From an uncultured virus (IMG/VR IMGVR_UViG_3300042691_054280) (Duplodnaviria > Heunggongvirae > Uroviricota > Caudoviricetes > Crassvirales), in IMG/VR virus record IMGVR_UViG_3300042691_054280: a stretch of DNA of 23,331 nt; one strand, 5' to 3'. The notes under the pieces are model-generated. The model searched no databases. It had not been told where the DNA came from and saw only the letters and a program-made list of their open reading frames with translations. Positions 22,380-23,331 of this stretch are shown in pieces. The translations under genes and the position numbers were made by a program. Numbering within the stretch: position 1 is the stretch's first letter; the number at the start of each line of letters is the position of its first letter.

Positions 22380-23171
22380 ATGGCAGTTCAGTCAAATAAT
22401 TCTGATGAAGCAGTAGTAGGTTCGTATAGCCTGTACGCAGGTATTGCGACCGTCTCTGTTCTGGCCGTAAATCCTTCAAAGGACGAGCTGGCCAAAATTG
22501 GCATCAATGTTCAAAACGAACCTGAGTATACAGTTTCGTTTTCCGATGACACATTCAACAAGATTGTGTTCTGGGTGAAGAGCGAAGAGCCTGATTTTAC
22601 TTCCCGAATCGAAATTCTTGTTCAACCAAAAATGCGAACCAGCAAAGATGGTGGCAAATCCATGTGGGTGAACAATATTGGTCAGATCACATGGTCTGAT
22701 CAGGTTCCAGGATACGATTGGTGGAAGAATCCTGACAAGTCCCGGAAAGCATATGTTGGTGAGGACACTCTCATCAACTTGCTCAAGGCTTGGGCTAACG
22801 TAGCAAATGGCGGTGAGGTATCTATTGACACCCCAACCAAAGTGTTTGCCGGCGACGTTTCCGAGCTGAAAGGTTATGTGGAGCATCTGAAAGAAAATCG
22901 TTTCCGTGTACTCTTCGGAGTAAAGGACGAAAAGTACCAGGTAGCTTACACCAAGCACTTCGGCCGGCTCAAGCCAGTTCGTGATGACCTGTTCATCAAG
23001 GAACTGAATGATGAGTATGGGTCTTTCAAAGCATGGTATCCGAAAAATCTTCAACTCATTGCTTTCAAGCCAGAGCTTGTCGCTCCGGATCCTGAAAACT
23101 ACGAGGTGACTGAAGAGGCCGGACCAGTTACAGCAGCGGAAACCAACGCAGCTGACGATCTTCCGTTCTAA
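22380..23171 (+). CDS. Putative single-stranded DNA-binding protein
   Basis: Acidic tail ending AADDLPF; aromatic-rich beta core; lies between the Sak4-like ATPase and the probable primase. Confidence 0.7.
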   Translation: MAVQSNNSDEAVVGSYSLYAGIATVSVLAVNPSKDELAKIGINVQNEPEYTVSFSDDTFNKIVFWVKSEEPDFTSRIEILVQPKMRTSKDGGKSMWVNNIGQITWSDQVPGYDWWKNPDKSRKAYVGEDTLINLLKAWANVANGGEVSIDTPTKVFAGDVSELKGYVEHLKENRFRVLFGVKDEKYQVAYTKHFGRLKPVRDDLFIKELNDEYGSFKAWYPKNLQLIAFKPELVAPDPENYEVTEEAGPVTAAETNAADDLPF

Positions 23172-23193
23172 CGGTCAATTTCTACAAAGATTT

Positions 23194-23224
23194 GGGGGCT
23201 CTTATACAGGAGCCCCCTTTCTTT
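23194..23224 (+). terminator. Intrinsic terminator
   Basis: gggggctc-ttatacag-gagccccc plus tttcttt. Confidence 0.8.
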
Positions 23225-23240
23225 GTAAATTTCATCCGAA

Positions 23241-23331
23241 ATGATACAGGCTAGGGACAGCAATTCATATCTGCACAAAGATGTGATCCTGAGCATGATT
23301 TCTGAATATGACATTTTCAGGTTTTACTGTA
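23241..23331 (+). CDS. Partial gene, probable DNA primase N-terminus
   Basis: MIQARDSNSYLHKDVILSMISEYDIFRFYC runs off the window; resembles crAss-like primase starts as recalled, and fits the gene order. Confidence 0.5.
   Translation, partial: MIQARDSNSYLHKDVILSMISEYDIFRFYC

Noticed and set aside
528..23054. All minus-strand ORFs in the track (e.g. 21575-22144, 22476-23054, 13219-13641)
   Set aside because: They are antisense shadows of well-supported + strand genes or of the tmRNA, with no recognisable motifs or leaders.
1..23331. Stop-codon reassignment as seen in some crAss-like phages
   Set aside because: Long genes are intact in the standard code and TAA, TAG and TGA all act as plausible stops; no suppressor tRNA was seen.

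Overview
A 23.3 kb fragment of a lytic-type dsDNA phage. The host is most likely Bacteroidota, judged from TAnnTTTG promoter boxes, A/C-rich leaders without Shine-Dalgarno sites and a crAss-like replication gene set. All credible genes lie on the + strand and read in the standard code. Layout: (1) 1-7155, small hypothetical, membrane and lipoprotein genes separated by hairpins and terminators, with a twister-ribozyme-like element at 3826-3932; (2) a family A DNA polymerase (7079-9022) and a mosaic repeat protein; (3) ~11950-16270, an RNA-rich accessory region with several candidate structured ncRNAs, a tmRNA gene (13278-13595) and an AT-rich run of small genes punctuated by four tRNA-like repeats and an attC-like hairpin; (4) 16318-end, MazG-like pyrophosphatase, DnaA-CTD-like HTH protein, SF2 helicase, putative initiator/loader, DnaB-like helicase, Sak4-like AAA ATPase, SSB-like protein and the start of a probable primase. 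The most striking feature is the gene array at 14010-16171: its four tRNA-like repeats keep near-identical acceptor stems and T-arms but have unrelated, non-canonical anticodon/variable regions. All protein and RNA family calls are from motif recognition by eye; no searches were run.
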